Shown here: in pieces, positions 9,673 to 20,946 of the stretch | Position numbering within the stretch: the first letter of the stretch is position 1 | How the letters are laid out: every line of letters starts with the position of its first letter | NCBI GenBank assembly: GCA_963700635.1 | Contig: CAVOYH010000004.1 | Coordinates: 956,117-1,020,116 of the forward strand | From: an uncultured Bacteroidota bacterium | Lineage (GTDB): Bacteria > Bacteroidota > Ignavibacteria > UBA10030 > UBA6906 | Reading direction: 5' to 3' | DNA length: 64,000 nucleotides | Notes under the pieces: model-generated | Seen by the model: the letters and a program-made list of their open reading frames with translations, nothing else | Database searches by the model: none | Told to the model about the DNA's origin: nothing | Position numbers and translations under genes: made by a program

Positions 9673-10905
9673 TCAGGAGAACCGGATCGCTGTGACAGGG
9701 TCGAGTCGTGAGGCGAGCCGCGCCGGTATCAACGCGCTCAGCATTGACAAGGCCACCGTGATGGCGGAGACCACGAGAAAATATTCCCATCGCATCAACA
9801 CGGGAACCGATGTCATAAAATAGATATCACTCGGCAGGGAGAGAAATTCGAAATCCTGCTGGTATTGTAACAGGCTGAACGCCAGAAGGTTGCCCAGGAA
9901 TGTCCCGAGCAAGGCAATGGTGAGTCCCTGACGGAGGAAAATCCTCGTGATCCCCCACCGTGTTGCGCCGAGTGTCGCCAGGACACCGACTTCTTTTGTC
10001 TTATCCAGCACCATCATCAGCAGGGTACCGATGATGTTTACCGTGGCGACTATGATGATCAGCCCGAGAATGATCGGGATGGGTTTCTTCTGCAGTTCAA
10101 TCCAGCTGAACAGATTCCTGTATGATTCGAACACCGTCCGGGCGTAGTGAGGATACCCCAGGAGGTCCGACACGCGGTCGGCAATCACCTCGGCGCTGTC
10201 GATGCGGCTTAGTTGGATATCGTATCCGGACACCGCGTCAGGAATCTGGAAGAGGATCTGGGCATCGTGGAGCCCCGTGTAGGCGTACACATCGTCATAC
10301 TCGGCCATTCCTGATTCGTAGATCCCCGTCAGCCGGAAGACCATGACTCTTCCCTGTCCGTCCTGGAACAACCGTCCGATTCCGAATACCACCACACGAT
10401 CCCCAACGTCCAGGCCCAGGCGGGATGCCAGCTTCCGGCCTATGACGATGCCGGGCGCGCCTCCCGGCTGTTTGTCGAGCCGGAATTCGCCGGCCACCAG
10501 ATACTTGCGTGCGGCAACCTCTTCACTCGCAGGATTGATGCCCTTCAGCAGTATCCCGTCCACTCCGTGTTTTGAGCGGATGAGTGCTTCACGGGCGACA
10601 TACGGTGTCACGGCGGTCACGGCCGGGGAGCAGGAGGCCAGCAGGGCGGCATGTTCCTCGTAATTTCCCAGTGGGAAATTCTGGTACCCTGTGACCTGAA
10701 CGTGGCTCGTGAACCCGACAACCTTTTCGGTGATCTCTCTTTCGAACCCGCCGAGCACCGAGAGCGCGATAATCAACAGCGTGGCCGTGCCCAGCATAAC
10801 CCCCAGGATAGCGATGCCCGCGATAAAGGAAAAGAAGCCGGCGTTCCGCCGGGATCGCAAATATCGGGAGGAGATGAATTGCGTGTAGCTCGTGTCAGGA
10901 TACAC
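9673..10905 (-). CDS. Lipoprotein-releasing system permease (LolC/LolE family)
   Basis: [26 protein letters not shown], and C-terminal DPVTAIRFS. Confidence 0.88.
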   Translation of the reverse strand: MYPDTSYTQFISSRYLRSRRNAGFFSFIAGIAILGVMLGTATLLIIALSVLGGFEREITEKVVGFTSHVQVTGYQNFPLGNYEEHAALLASCSPAVTAVTPYVAREALIRSKHGVDGILLKGINPASEEVAARKYLVAGEFRLDKQPGGAPGIVIGRKLASRLGLDVGDRVVVFGIGRLFQDGQGRVMVFRLTGIYESGMAEYDDVYAYTGLHDAQILFQIPDAVSGYDIQLSRIDSAEVIADRVSDLLGYPHYARTVFESYRNLFSWIELQKKPIPIILGLIIIVATVNIIGTLLMMVLDKTKEVGVLATLGATRWGITRIFLRQGLTIALLGTFLGNLLAFSLLQYQQDFEFLSLPSDIYFMTSVPVLMRWEYFLVVSAITVALSMLSALIPARLASRLDPVTAIRFS

Positions 10906-12011
10906 TCTTATCGCTAAACGCCATCAGATAGCCCCGGATGAACGTATCCAGATCGCCGTCCATAACCGCCTGCACATTGCTGGTCTCAATATCCGTCCGG
11001 TGGTCTTTCACGAGATTGTAGGGATGAAACACATACGACCTGATCTGACTTCCCCATTCGATCTTCTTTTCGTGCTTTCGATTGCGTCCCGCTTGGCCTC
11101 TTCCTCCTCTTTCCGGCGCTGGTAGAGTTGAGATTTTAGCATCTTTATCGCGCGCTCTTTGTTCTGAAACTGGGAACGTTCCTGCTGACAGGCCACGATG
11201 ATCCCTGAAGGGATGTGCGTGATCCGCACCGCGGTTTCGACCTTGTTCACGTTCTGGCCCCCTTTGCCACCGGACCGGAACGTGTCAACTTTCAGATCCA
11301 CCGGATTCACTTCAATCTCAACATCATCTTCAATTTCCGGGTAGACATACACGGATGCAAAAGAGGTGTGCCTTCTGGCGTTGGAATCGAACGGGGAAAT
11401 CCGGACGAGCCTGTGCACGCCGTTTTCCGCCTTGAGGTAACCATAGGCATGCTGACCCGTGACCTCGATGGCAGCGCTTTTGATGCCCGCACCGTCGCCG
11501 TCCTGCCGGTCGGCCAGTGCAACCTTGAAGTCGTGCTTCTCGCACCATCTCAGGTACATGCGGAGAAGCATTTCTCCCCAGTCCTGCGCTTCCGTACCGC
11601 CCGCGCCCGCATGGATCGTAAGGATACAGTTCCGATCGTCGTCCTCGCCGCTCAGCATATTCCGGAACTCCAGCTCCTCAAAGACCGGCCCGGACTTTCT
11701 CGAGTTCCCGCGTATCTCCGCTTCGAACGATGTATCGGCAGATTCCTCCTCCGCCAGTTCGATAAACGAGCGGGCATCCTCCAGTTTCTTCCGAAAGATC
11801 AGCCCAGGCATCAATCCATACCTTCCGGCTGCTGATCTGCTGCAGCATCACTTTCTGGGCAGCAACATTGTCCTCCCAGAAGCGCGGAGCGTGTGTTTTG
11901 AGCTGGAGCTCGGCTACAATCTTTTCCTTCCCGTCGAGGTCAAAGATAACCTCGGATGCTCTTGATTCGTTGAGTGAGTTCCTTGACTCCAGCCTTCTGG
12001 TCTTCAAACAT
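10895..12011 (-). CDS. prfB: Peptide chain release factor 2, with programmed +1 frameshift and extra apparent indels
   Basis: First frame [23 protein letters not shown] ends at CTT-TGA-C. Later frames give [12 protein letters not shown], the SPF motif (RISPFD), GGQ (GKGGQNVN) and [15 protein letters not shown]...FSDKSVS*. Extra indels near 11795, 11712, 11682 and 11068. Confidence 0.93.
11939..11953 (-). promoter_or_regulatory. prfB programmed +1 ribosomal frameshift site
   Basis: GAGGT-TAT-CTT-TGA-C: internal SD followed by the canonical CUU UGA C slippery site, at codon 23-24. Confidence 0.9.
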
Positions 12012-12021
12012 GGTACCGTCC

Positions 12022-12351
12022 TTACAATGAGAGAGTTTCTTCGCAGTCAATTTCCATTCGCAACATTGCCGACCCGTAAGTCTTCCCCTGCGCGTCGAGC
12101 TTCAGGGAGCGTGTTCCGCCTCCACCCAGCGCATGGTGGAGAATGAAGTTCAGCGCCCCCAGGTTCGGCAATTCAAACCGTTCCACGGGTCCCTCCACCA
12201 TCCCGCGAAAATGTTCCGCAACCCGCTCTACCGTGAGATACTTCAGGAGGATCGGGTAGAATTCTTCCTTTCGCGCGATCACGCCCACGTTGGCCGCATC
12301 CCCTTTGTCGCCTGACCGGGCATGAGCAATATCAATAAGCTTGATGCGCAT
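12022..12351 (-). CDS. AtuA C-terminal-like small protein
   Basis: IAHARSGDKGD, ERFELPNLGALNF and LGGGGTRSLKLDAQGK. Confidence 0.82.
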   Translation of the reverse strand: MRIKLIDIAHARSGDKGDAANVGVIARKEEFYPILLKYLTVERVAEHFRGMVEGPVERFELPNLGALNFILHHALGGGGTRSLKLDAQGKTYGSAMLRMEIDCEETLSL

Positions 12352-12355
12352 GATG

Positions 12356-13718
12356 TCACGATTCCTTGATTGTGACAGACGGGTGCACGGCGGATTTCGG
12401 GATGAGTGCAGGCCAGAACGCAATCACTTCGCTTGGTTTTGGCCTCCCTCCGGCGAAGCCGGTTACCGACGGCGGGCCTGTAAGGACCAGAGGGGCAAGT
12501 TCAAGTGCAAATCGTTCGATGGGAGCACGCTCGCGTGCGCGCACACCGATCCGGAGCATAACCTCCTGAGGGGGCTCCGCATGTTCAGCAAGCGGCCCGT
12601 GGCAGGAATTGTACCCGACATACTCCGTGCGAATCTCTTCGAAGGCCAGGCCAAGTGCACGTAGGCGTTCGCGCAGAATGCCATCAGCCGCCTTGGCCTT
12701 GGCCAGAGCATCGGGCCAGGCATAGGTGAGCGATCCGACGCAGGTGTATCCATCCCTGTATGATGCCGATACTTTATATGAGTCGGTGGATGGTTTTCCC
12801 TTTACTCCGAACACTTTAACGCGATTAGCTCCGACAGATTCCAGCTGTATGGATGTAAAATCCGCCACACAATCCGGTGTGATATATGTACGGGGATCTC
12901 CGATTTCATACAGCAGCTGCTCTTTCACCGTTGCGCAGGTCACCATGCCCCCGCTCTTCTCATGTTTCGTCACGATGACCTCACCCGAGGGATATGCTTC
13001 CGCGATCGGAAATCCGACATGCGCAAGGTCGGGCACTGCCTTCCAATCGCCCGAAAAATTTCCTCCGGTAGATTGTGCTCCGCATTCCAGAATGTGTCCG
13101 GCAATCGTCCCCGCCGCAAGTCTGTCCCAGTCAGAGGAACTTCCAGCCGAACTCGAACATCATCGGAGCAAGGGTCAGCCCGGTATCGGTGGTTCGACCT
13201 GTTAGCACAACCTCTGCGCCTGCCTGCAACGCTTCCACGATGGGTGAGGCGCCAAAATACACATTCGCACTCTCCAGGGAGTCGCGCACGGTGCTCATGT
13301 GCGCGCCGGTCTCCATATCCGCCAGGGGGATCCCCTGTGCCAGCAAGCTGTCAAGGTCGGGGAGAATATCATCCCCGCTTACGACTGCCACCCTGAGGCC
13401 GCGGATTCCCAGGGAGCGGGCGACCCCGAGAACAGCTTCCCGACATCCTTCGGGGTTTACACCACCGCCGTTTGTAATGACCCGTATCCCCTTCTGTTTA
13501 CACTGCGGGAGGATTTCTTGAAGCAGCGGCACAAGATCGCGCGCATATCCGAGATTTGGATCACGACGCCGCTGTTTCTGCATGATGGACATCGTCACTT
13601 CTGCAAGGTAGTCCATCACGAGGTAGTCGATGGGGCCCCGTGTCACCTGATCGACCGGCGCCCGGGGCAGATCACCCCAGAACCCCTGTCCGCTTGCGAT
13701 CCGGATAAATGTTTTCAT
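12356..13718 (-). CDS. Acyclic terpene utilisation AtuA family protein (DUF1446), frameshift near 13140
   Basis: [22 protein letters not shown] and SANVYFGA; after a one-base shift [26 protein letters not shown] and [11 protein letters not shown]. Confidence 0.85.
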
Positions 13719-15481
13719 ACGATTCGGATATGCAGTTCGCGAAGTTGTTTTTCGTCCACGACGTTCGGCGCCTCATCCATAAGGGAGGTGGCGCTTGCAG
13801 TCTTTGGGAACGCCATAACATCCCGGATGGATTTCATTCCTGTGAGGAGCATCACCAGGCGGTCAAAGCCGAATGCAATGCCGCCGTGCGGAGGAGCGCC
13901 AAACCGGAACGCCGACAATAAGAAGCCGAACTTTTCTCTGGCTTCTTCCTCTCCAATCCCCATGAGGGCAAAGACCTCTGTTTGAAGTTTCTGGTCGTGA
14001 ATACGGATGCTTCCGCCGGCTACCTCCGTTCCGTTCAGCACCAGGTCGTAGGCGCGAGCCCGGACACGTCCCGGGTCGCTCTTTAGCAACATCAGATCAT
14101 CGGGATGCGGGGACGTGAACGGGTGATGTACGGCCACAAACCGTTTCTCCTCTTCGCTGTATTCCAGAAGCGGGAATTCGGTAACCCAGAGCAGACCGGT
14201 CTTCGTTTCATCAATAAGATGCAGCCTCCGGGCCATTTCGAGGCGCAGGGAGCCCAGGACCGTGTATGCCTTCGCCCATGTATCTGTCACCAGCAGGGCC
14301 AGATCACCTTTGGCGCCGCCCAGGTGCACGAGAATACGCTCCAGAAGTTCTCGGCCCAGAAACTTCTCACTCGGGCTTTCCAGTCCGTCTTCAGTCCACT
14401 TAATGTAGACCAACCCGCCGGCCCCGAGGGACTTTGTATAATCCACGAGATTGTCCATCTGGTTTCTCGTGAGACGCGCCCCTCCCGGAACCACGAACCC
14501 GCCGACGATTCCCCCCTTCTTCACATTCTCTGCAAAGACCTTAAAGCCCGAATCCCGGACAAGCTCGTCGATACAACCAATCTGCAGGCCGAACCGCGTG
14601 TCCGGCTTGTCACTTCCATACCGTTCCATCGCCTCGCGGTATGTCAGGGACGGCAGAGGAAGTTGGATATCAATACCTTTAAGTTCCTTGAAGATGCGCT
14701 GCATGAGTCCTTCGGTCACTTCCCTGACATCAGACTCATCGACAAACGACATCTCCACATCAATCTGCGTAAACTCCGGTTGCCGGTCGGCCCTCAGATC
14801 TTCATCCCGAAAACACTTCACAATTTGCATGTAGCGGTCGAATCCGGAGACCATCAGAATTTGTTTGTACGTTTGCGGGGACTGGGGCAGAGCGTAAAAC
14901 TTTCCCCGGTGCACGCGACTGGGGACGAGGTAGTCGCGGGCGCCTTCCGGAGTGCTTTTCATGAGAATGGGGGTTTCGATCTCGATGAATTCCCGCTCGT
15001 CGAAATAATGATGTACTACCTGGTAAAGGCGGTGACGGAGCATCAGGTTGTGCTGCAGAACGGGCCTGCGCAGATCCAGGAACCGGTATTTGAGGCGGAG
15101 ATCCTCGCTGGCGTCCACACTGTCGTCTATCGGAAATGGCGGCGTGTCAGCTCTGCTGAGAATCTCGAGGTCATCGGCCATGATATCCACCATCCCCGTT
15201 GGCAGGTCTCCGTTTTCCGTTCCCTCGGGTCGTTTTTCCACGATCCCCGATACGGTGATAACAAATTCGCTCCGGATTTCCTTCGCAAGCGCATGGGGTC
15301 TTGCATGGCGCTGGGGATTAAAAACGACCTGGGTCTTCCCGTACCGGTCACGGACATCGATGAAGATGACACCGCCGAGGTCCCGGCGCACATCAACCCA
15401 CCCGTTGAGCGTTACACGATTGCCGATATCGTCTGAACGTAATGCACCGCACGTGACGGTCCGTTTGGAGAAACTGGCCAC
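13715..15481 (-). CDS. aspS: Aspartate--tRNA ligase
   Basis: [53 protein letters not shown] and [17 protein letters not shown] start chosen after an AAGGGA RBS. Confidence 0.97.
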   Translation of the reverse strand: MASFSKRTVTCGALRSDDIGNRVTLNGWVDVRRDLGGVIFIDVRDRYGKTQVVFNPQRHARPHALAKEIRSEFVITVSGIVEKRPEGTENGDLPTGMVDIMADDLEILSRADTPPFPIDDSVDASEDLRLKYRFLDLRRPVLQHNLMLRHRLYQVVHHYFDEREFIEIETPILMKSTPEGARDYLVPSRVHRGKFYALPQSPQTYKQILMVSGFDRYMQIVKCFRDEDLRADRQPEFTQIDVEMSFVDESDVREVTEGLMQRIFKELKGIDIQLPLPSLTYREAMERYGSDKPDTRFGLQIGCIDELVRDSGFKVFAENVKKGGIVGGFVVPGGARLTRNQMDNLVDYTKSLGAGGLVYIKWTEDGLESPSEKFLGRELLERILVHLGGAKGDLALLVTDTWAKAYTVLGSLRLEMARRLHLIDETKTGLLWVTEFPLLEYSEEEKRFVAVHHPFTSPHPDDLMLLKSDPGRVRARAYDLVLNGTEVAGGSIRIHDQKLQTEVFALMGIGEEEAREKFGFLLSAFRFGAPPHGGIAFGFDRLVMLLTGMKSIRDVMAFPKTASATSLMDEAPNVVDEKQLRELHIRIV

Positions 15482-15611
15482 CGATAATCCCTTCAATTTG
15501 AGCATATAATATAGCCAAATCACACATGAGTATCAAACCTTCCCCTGTTGAGCTTCATCGCAATTTTCCATACCATGCACTGTGTTCTTCACCCACGCCA
15601 GGGACTCCAGC

Positions 15612-17696
15612 ATGCGCATTCTGTCCATCCTCTTCGTCCTACTCTTCTGCTCTCCGGCGTATGCCCAACCGGATCCCGCGGGTGCCCGAAAACGCCAGGA
15701 GAAGCTGGACGTGATACTTCGGATCCAGGACCGCCGGACACAGCACGACGGGAAGCTGATCTCCCTGTTGGGTGACGCCGATCCGGTCATTCGCGAACGC
15801 GCGACCCGGGCATACGGGAGCATCCAGGACACACAGGCTCTCCCGCTTCTTGTGTCACGGTTAACAGATCCCGAAATCCGTGTGCAGGAATCGGCGGCGT
15901 TTGCCATCGGGCAGACTGCCCTCACCCTCTCCCCGGATGCGCAGGCCAGTCTGGAAAACGAATTGATCTGGAAACGTCTGCCCGATACACGCGTCCCGGA
16001 CCGGTTGCTTGAAGAAATCGGAAAATTCGGCACGAAAGAAGGTCTCGGGGACCTGATGATCCGGATGGGAAACGTATATCGGGACCGGCATCCATTTGGC
16101 ATGACATTGGCCATCACCCGATATCTCATTCGCGGCATTTCCTCTCCCGACGCCATTCGTTACCTGCTGAGCAGGACGCGGCCGATGGAAAGAACTTCCT
16201 GGCACGTTGTCTATGCATTACAACGGGCGGGCGATGATCCGGAAATCCGCAACGACATCGAGTTTCTCGTCCTCCTCCGGCAGCATTCGGATCCGCTGGT
16301 CCGGATGCACCTTGCCACGCTGCTTGGCAGGATTCAGGAGAGCCGTGTGACTCTTGAGCCACTGCGGCGCCTGGCGGAATTTGACACTGATTGGCGGGTC
16401 CGGGTAAATGCTTTGAAGGCGCTTGCGTTATATCCGCTCCGTACCGAACCGGCTTCCCTCCAGCTTTTCCGCCGTGCATTTTACGATCCCGACGTTCAGA
16501 TCTCCACCACCGCGCTTGCCGCACTCCGCACCAGCAATGTGATCTCGGTGGACACGAGCGGAGAGGCAGGGGAGGTGATCCGCCATCTCCGGTACCTTGC
16601 CCACAATACCAACGGGAATTTTGCGTGGCCTGTTCAATCGGAGGCCGCACAAACTCTCGCTGCCCTCCTCGGTCCGAATGCATTTCCCGACGGTGTACCA
16701 GTCTCAGTGTCCAGACGTTTTCTGGACGCCGACCTCCTCCGGGCACAGGGTGCCACAGGCGATGCACAGACTCTCTGGGCGTTGCTCGCCGCTGCACGCG
16801 GGGCCGACCCGGTGCGCGTATGCGGAGCTCTTGAGGGGCTCAGATCGCTGGCCCGGCGTAATGGGTCAGATTCCTTGCTGATTGCCGCCGTGCGTGGTGC
16901 GGTTCTGAAGGCACTGGAATCCGGCGATGTGGCCATCACCGGAACTGCTGCAGGCGTATTAACTGACTCTACACTCCGCAACCCTGGTGTTGTTCCCGCA
17001 CTCATCGCTGTGCTCGGTCAGCAGCGGCTTCCCGATGATCTTGAGGCCATGCAGGAGATCATCAATGCACTCGGCGCGCTGGGAGACACCCGGGCAGTCA
17101 TTCCTCTGCTCGCGCAAATCAAGCAGCGTGCTCGGAGCATTGCTGTTGCATCCGCGCGTGCGCTTACCCGTCTGACGGGAGCCGAGTACTCTTCCCAGCT
17201 TCCGGCGGAGGCCGAACCGTTCTACACGGATTTTGATTTTTCGTATCTTGCCGCTCTCCCGGAGACTTTGCAGGTGGTTATCCAGACCGGACGCGGTGAC
17301 ATATTCGCAGAGTTTTACAAGGATGCCGCCCCGTTCACCGTGATGGCAATCGTGAAGCTCGCCACGCAGCGTAGCTATTATCGAGGATCAACCTTTCACC
17401 GTGTTGTCCCGAATTTTGTCAGCCAGGGGGGGTGCCCGCGTGGAGACGGATGGGGTGGTCCCGGATTTTCACTCAGGTCGGAATTTTCGCTGCTGCATTA
17501 TGAGGAGGGAACGATCGGGATCGCAAGCGCCGGCAAGGATACAGAGGGATCGCAGTTCTTCATCACACATTCCCCCCAGCCTCACCTCGACGGCCGGTAC
17601 ACGATCGTCGGAAGGGTTCTGGAGGGGATGCAGATAGTAAGAGCAATTCAGAAGGATGATCGTATCTTCGACATCAGGTTCGAAGGGCTACGCTAA
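15612..17696 (+). CDS. Exported HEAT-repeat protein with C-terminal cyclophilin-type peptidyl-prolyl isomerase
   Basis: Signal peptide, HEAT repeats (DPVIRERA, DPEIRVQESAAFAIG, DWRVRVNAL), then FHRVVPNFVSQGG and SAGKDTEGSQFFITH. Confidence 0.88.
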   Translation: MRILSILFVLLFCSPAYAQPDPAGARKRQEKLDVILRIQDRRTQHDGKLISLLGDADPVIRERATRAYGSIQDTQALPLLVSRLTDPEIRVQESAAFAIGQTALTLSPDAQASLENELIWKRLPDTRVPDRLLEEIGKFGTKEGLGDLMIRMGNVYRDRHPFGMTLAITRYLIRGISSPDAIRYLLSRTRPMERTSWHVVYALQRAGDDPEIRNDIEFLVLLRQHSDPLVRMHLATLLGRIQESRVTLEPLRRLAEFDTDWRVRVNALKALALYPLRTEPASLQLFRRAFYDPDVQISTTALAALRTSNVISVDTSGEAGEVIRHLRYLAHNTNGNFAWPVQSEAAQTLAALLGPNAFPDGVPVSVSRRFLDADLLRAQGATGDAQTLWALLAAARGADPVRVCGALEGLRSLARRNGSDSLLIAAVRGAVLKALESGDVAITGTAAGVLTDSTLRNPGVVPALIAVLGQQRLPDDLEAMQEIINALGALGDTRAVIPLLAQIKQRARSIAVASARALTRLTGAEYSSQLPAEAEPFYTDFDFSYLAALPETLQVVIQTGRGDIFAEFYKDAAPFTVMAIVKLATQRSYYRGSTFHRVVPNFVSQGGCPRGDGWGGPGFSLRSEFSLLHYEEGTIGIASAGKDTEGSQFFITHSPQPHLDGRYTIVGRVLEGMQIVRAIQKDDRIFDIRFEGLR

Positions 17697-19450
17697 TCGG
17701 GCCGCGTAAGCTCCATAAACCCTTCGCGTGAACGGAGTCCCGCCAGATCGCCGTCCGCCCGTGCCTGCGACCGCAGCTTTGGATTCAGTCGGATCGCGCT
17801 GGTAAGGGCCTCAAGAGCGTCATCCACCTTTCCTGCCGCCAGGCGGATTACGGCCAGATCGTACAACACCTCAGGATTCTGAGGGGCGAGTCTCGCGGCC
17901 CGCTCCTGCGCCGGAAGTGCCTCATGGTACCGCCGGTCCATGAACAGGGTCCACCCCTGATTCCACGCGTCGTTCACCTGAGCCAGAGTCAGCAATCGTC
18001 CGAGCTCGAGAAAAGGTTCCGCATGGTCATCGACGCGGATATCGATGGCGCGATCCGTGTATCCCCCATACCCTGCGTTCTTCCTCACCACGAGCAGGGC
18101 TGCAGATTGTTTCCCGCGTGAATCACCTCCGTTCCGTTCCCCCGCAACAAGCGCCCGGTACAGACGTTCTGAAAGAGTGCCGGGGGTGTGGACGAAGGTA
18201 CTTTCCATCGCCGTCACGACGCCCTCTCCCGCCAGGATATTCCCCTGGATCGCATAGTTCGGTCCGTGGCGACCCCCTGCCCAGGAAAGACACTCGCTTC
18301 CTGTGTAGGTGACTGACGAGCCGGAAGCCGAAACCACACCCACCTGACGTCGGTTCCGGTCGGTGTCAGAGTCGAGAAGGATCTTCAGAACATCTCCGGG
18401 ATCCTTTCCTTCCTCCATCATCGCCAATCCCCTCCATCCAAACGATGTGTTTGCAAATGACTGTGTTGCGACCGCACCCACGTCGGCTTTGGCCCACGGA
18501 ACAACGGCTCCCACCGCAAAGAAGCGGGAGGCCACTGCGACACCAAGTTCACCGGTTTCCGGGTCCCGTGCTACAATGGAGAAAGTTGTAATGTCTTGCG
18601 CCACCGTTTTCCGCTTTGTTTCGGACGACGATGAACTTGTCTCTGATTTCTGATCCAGGGCCTCATAGTCAAGCTCGGACCCGAGCATGCTATGCGGTAT
18701 GAGGAAAATAATAAACGTGATAATGGCGGCGCCGAGGGTCCATCGTTCGGGCTTTTGTGACTTGAAGAGTGCCACCGTCGCCACAAGCCAGGCAAGGAAA
18801 GCAACGATGGTCTTGTTGTCCGTGAGGTCATGTCCGAAAGGCCAGCCCGTCCAGTACGCATCAAAGGCATACTTCTGTACCACCGGTCCGAGGAAAAGTC
18901 CGCCGAGCCCGAGGATTGCCACAGTCCAGAATGACAGAGTACGCAACCGGGGCTCGGGGGAAAAAAATTCAAGTCCGGTCCGGGTGGAAAAGAGCATCGC
19001 TGCAAACATCCCTATCACATGCAGGACAAGCACCAGGTCCGGAACCTCACCCCTAAAGCGAATCACCGTGCCACCTTCCGGGGGGAGTAGCGCAAGATCA
19101 TTTCCGGATTTGAGTTCGACCAGATAGTCCAGCTTTCCGGCGGGTGGCTGATGGGGTAAGCTCCCTGTCAATACCCCGTCGTCATAGATCATCGGTATTG
19201 TAACCCACTCGTCCCTGGTCTTGTGTCGCTTCCAGGAAAGACGGCCGGAAATGTCGGGGTTGTCTGTGTTGATACGCACCTGGTGGTCCGTGTCCCCCCC
19301 ATGAGAACGGTCAAGTTTGTAGCGAACCGATTGTCCGTGGAGTGGCACCGACCCGGACACAGGATAGCTCGGTCCGGTCAACCGTTGATACAGTGCTGAT
19401 CCGAGCGTAATCACGACCGCGAGAATCCACAACCATGCAGATTGTTTCAC
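17693..19450 (-). CDS. Membrane protein fused to DUF1028 (Ntn-hydrolase-like) and TPR domains
   Basis: N-terminal about 260 aa with several TM helices (FDAYWTGWPFGHDLTDNK), a Ser-rich linker, TFSIVARD...GVAVASRFFAVG and GGDSRGKQSAAL, and a C-terminal TPR. Confidence 0.8.
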   Translation of the reverse strand: MKQSAWLWILAVVITLGSALYQRLTGPSYPVSGSVPLHGQSVRYKLDRSHGGDTDHQVRINTDNPDISGRLSWKRHKTRDEWVTIPMIYDDGVLTGSLPHQPPAGKLDYLVELKSGNDLALLPPEGGTVIRFRGEVPDLVLVLHVIGMFAAMLFSTRTGLEFFSPEPRLRTLSFWTVAILGLGGLFLGPVVQKYAFDAYWTGWPFGHDLTDNKTIVAFLAWLVATVALFKSQKPERWTLGAAIITFIIFLIPHSMLGSELDYEALDQKSETSSSSSETKRKTVAQDITTFSIVARDPETGELGVAVASRFFAVGAVVPWAKADVGAVATQSFANTSFGWRGLAMMEEGKDPGDVLKILLDSDTDRNRRQVGVVSASGSSVTYTGSECLSWAGGRHGPNYAIQGNILAGEGVVTAMESTFVHTPGTLSERLYRALVAGERNGGDSRGKQSAALLVVRKNAGYGGYTDRAIDIRVDDHAEPFLELGRLLTLAQVNDAWNQGWTLFMDRRYHEALPAQERAARLAPQNPEVLYDLAVIRLAAGKVDDALEALTSAIRLNPKLRSQARADGDLAGLRSREGFMELTRPD

Positions 19451-19462
19451 GTAGTCCTCTTC

Positions 19463-20844
19463 CTATAAATTAAAATACATCTTGTATTCAAACGGATGGG
19501 GCATGGTCCCGATCGACTTGATCTCCTGTTCTTTGATGCGCACCCATTGCGTGAGGAGTTCCTGGGAGAACACGCCGCCGCGTTTCAGGAATTCCTGGTC
19601 GACCGCAAGGGCATCCAGCGCTTCCTCCAGATTACGCGGGAGGAACTGGATGTGCTCATGCGCCGAGTCATCATGGATGTTCTTGTCAAAGGGTCCGAAT
19701 CCTTCTTTTGCGGGATCGATCTTCTGCAGTACGCCGTCGATTCCGGCCAGGAGGATTGCTGAGAGGCAGAGATAGGGATTCGCGGTTGCATCGGGCGGCC
19801 GGTACTCGAAGCGGGTTTCGTTGGGGTTCGTGACATACTTCGGGATGCGAATGGCGGATGCCCGGTTCCCCATGCCATAGGTGAGTGCCACCGGTGCCTC
19901 AAATCCGGGTACAAGGCGTTTGTAGGAATTCGTGGACGGGTTCGTGAACGCGGATAACGCCGGACCATGTTTGAGCAAGCCGCCGATGAATGATCTGCCG
20001 AGTTCATTAACATTTCCGTACTCCCCTTTCTTGTAGAAGACATTCTTGCCGTTCTTTGTAAGAAAGAGATGGAGGTGCAATCCATTACCGGCCTGATGAT
20101 ACATCGGCTTCGGCATGAAGGTGATGAACAGGTCCCGCTGGCGTGCGAAGTTAAAGAGGGCATACTTTGTTGTCACAATAGAGTCCGCAGTCGTAAGCAG
20201 ATCTGCAAAATGTGTTTCAATCTCCTGCTGCCCGCGTTCCCCCGTTTCGTGGTGGTGATACTTCACGCCGATCCCGAATTGTTTCAGCAGCGCGCATGCT
20301 TCGTCGCGGAAATCATCATAGACGTCGAACGGATTGGCCGCGTGGTATGCATTCTTGAAAAACTCTTCGGCATGCTCGACCTCGTAGTATGATGACGAGG
20401 TGCGCGTGTCGAATCGTACACGGAAAAAATGTAAAACTCGAACTCCGGACCCCAGTGTGATGTGTCGGCGCCCAGAGTTTTCCGGAGAAGGTCTTCTGCT
20501 TTTCGCGCGACGCCCCGGCCGTCCTGTGAGAACGGAGTCCGCGCATCATCCGCAAGGTGAATATTCGCGTAAAAACTCAATGTCGGAGTTGCCCGGAAAG
20601 GATCCACGACGGCGGTCCGCAGATCCGGGATAAGGATCATGTCGCTGTTTTCGACTTTGCGGAAGCCGTAACTGGAACCGTCAAACCCGACACCCTCCCG
20701 TACCAGCAGCTCGAGCAAGCCGGGATGAACCGGAAGCGATATGTGGCGCAGGACGCCGGGAAGATCAATGCACTTCAGGTCGATGATTTCAATCTTGTGC
20801 CGCTGTATCATTGTTGTACACTGTCGCAGCAGTCGTTTGTCCAT
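19463..20844 (-). CDS. glnA: Glutamine synthetase type I, frameshift near 20420
   Basis: GFDGSSY, GPEFEF, YHHHE, TFMPKP, NGLHLH, NSYKRLVPGFEAP and RFEYRPPDATANPYL. One missing base joins the two ORFs. Confidence 0.92.
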
Positions 20845-20891
20845 TGGTGCTCCAGAAGAGGAAGGGGGTATTCCGAGTGACGGGAATATAA

Positions 20892-20930
20892 CAAAAAAAG
20901 CCGACCCATGCCAAAACACGGGTCGGCTCC
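20892..20930 (-). terminator. Intrinsic terminator after the VWA gene
   Basis: Minus strand reads AGCCGACCCGTG-TTTTGG-CATGGGTCGGCT followed by a T run. Confidence 0.8.
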
Positions 20931-20946
20931 TGAAGAAACAGGTGTA

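Noticed and set aside
14105-15436. 443-aa plus-strand ORF, and many similar antisense ORFs throughout the window
   Set aside because: These are shadow frames of conserved genes (here aspS) in GC-rich DNA, with no recognisable motifs.
20896-20914. Possible sigma54 promoter (TGGCAT...GC) for glnA
   Set aside because: The GG-to-GC spacing is one base short, and the sequence is part of the upstream terminator stem.
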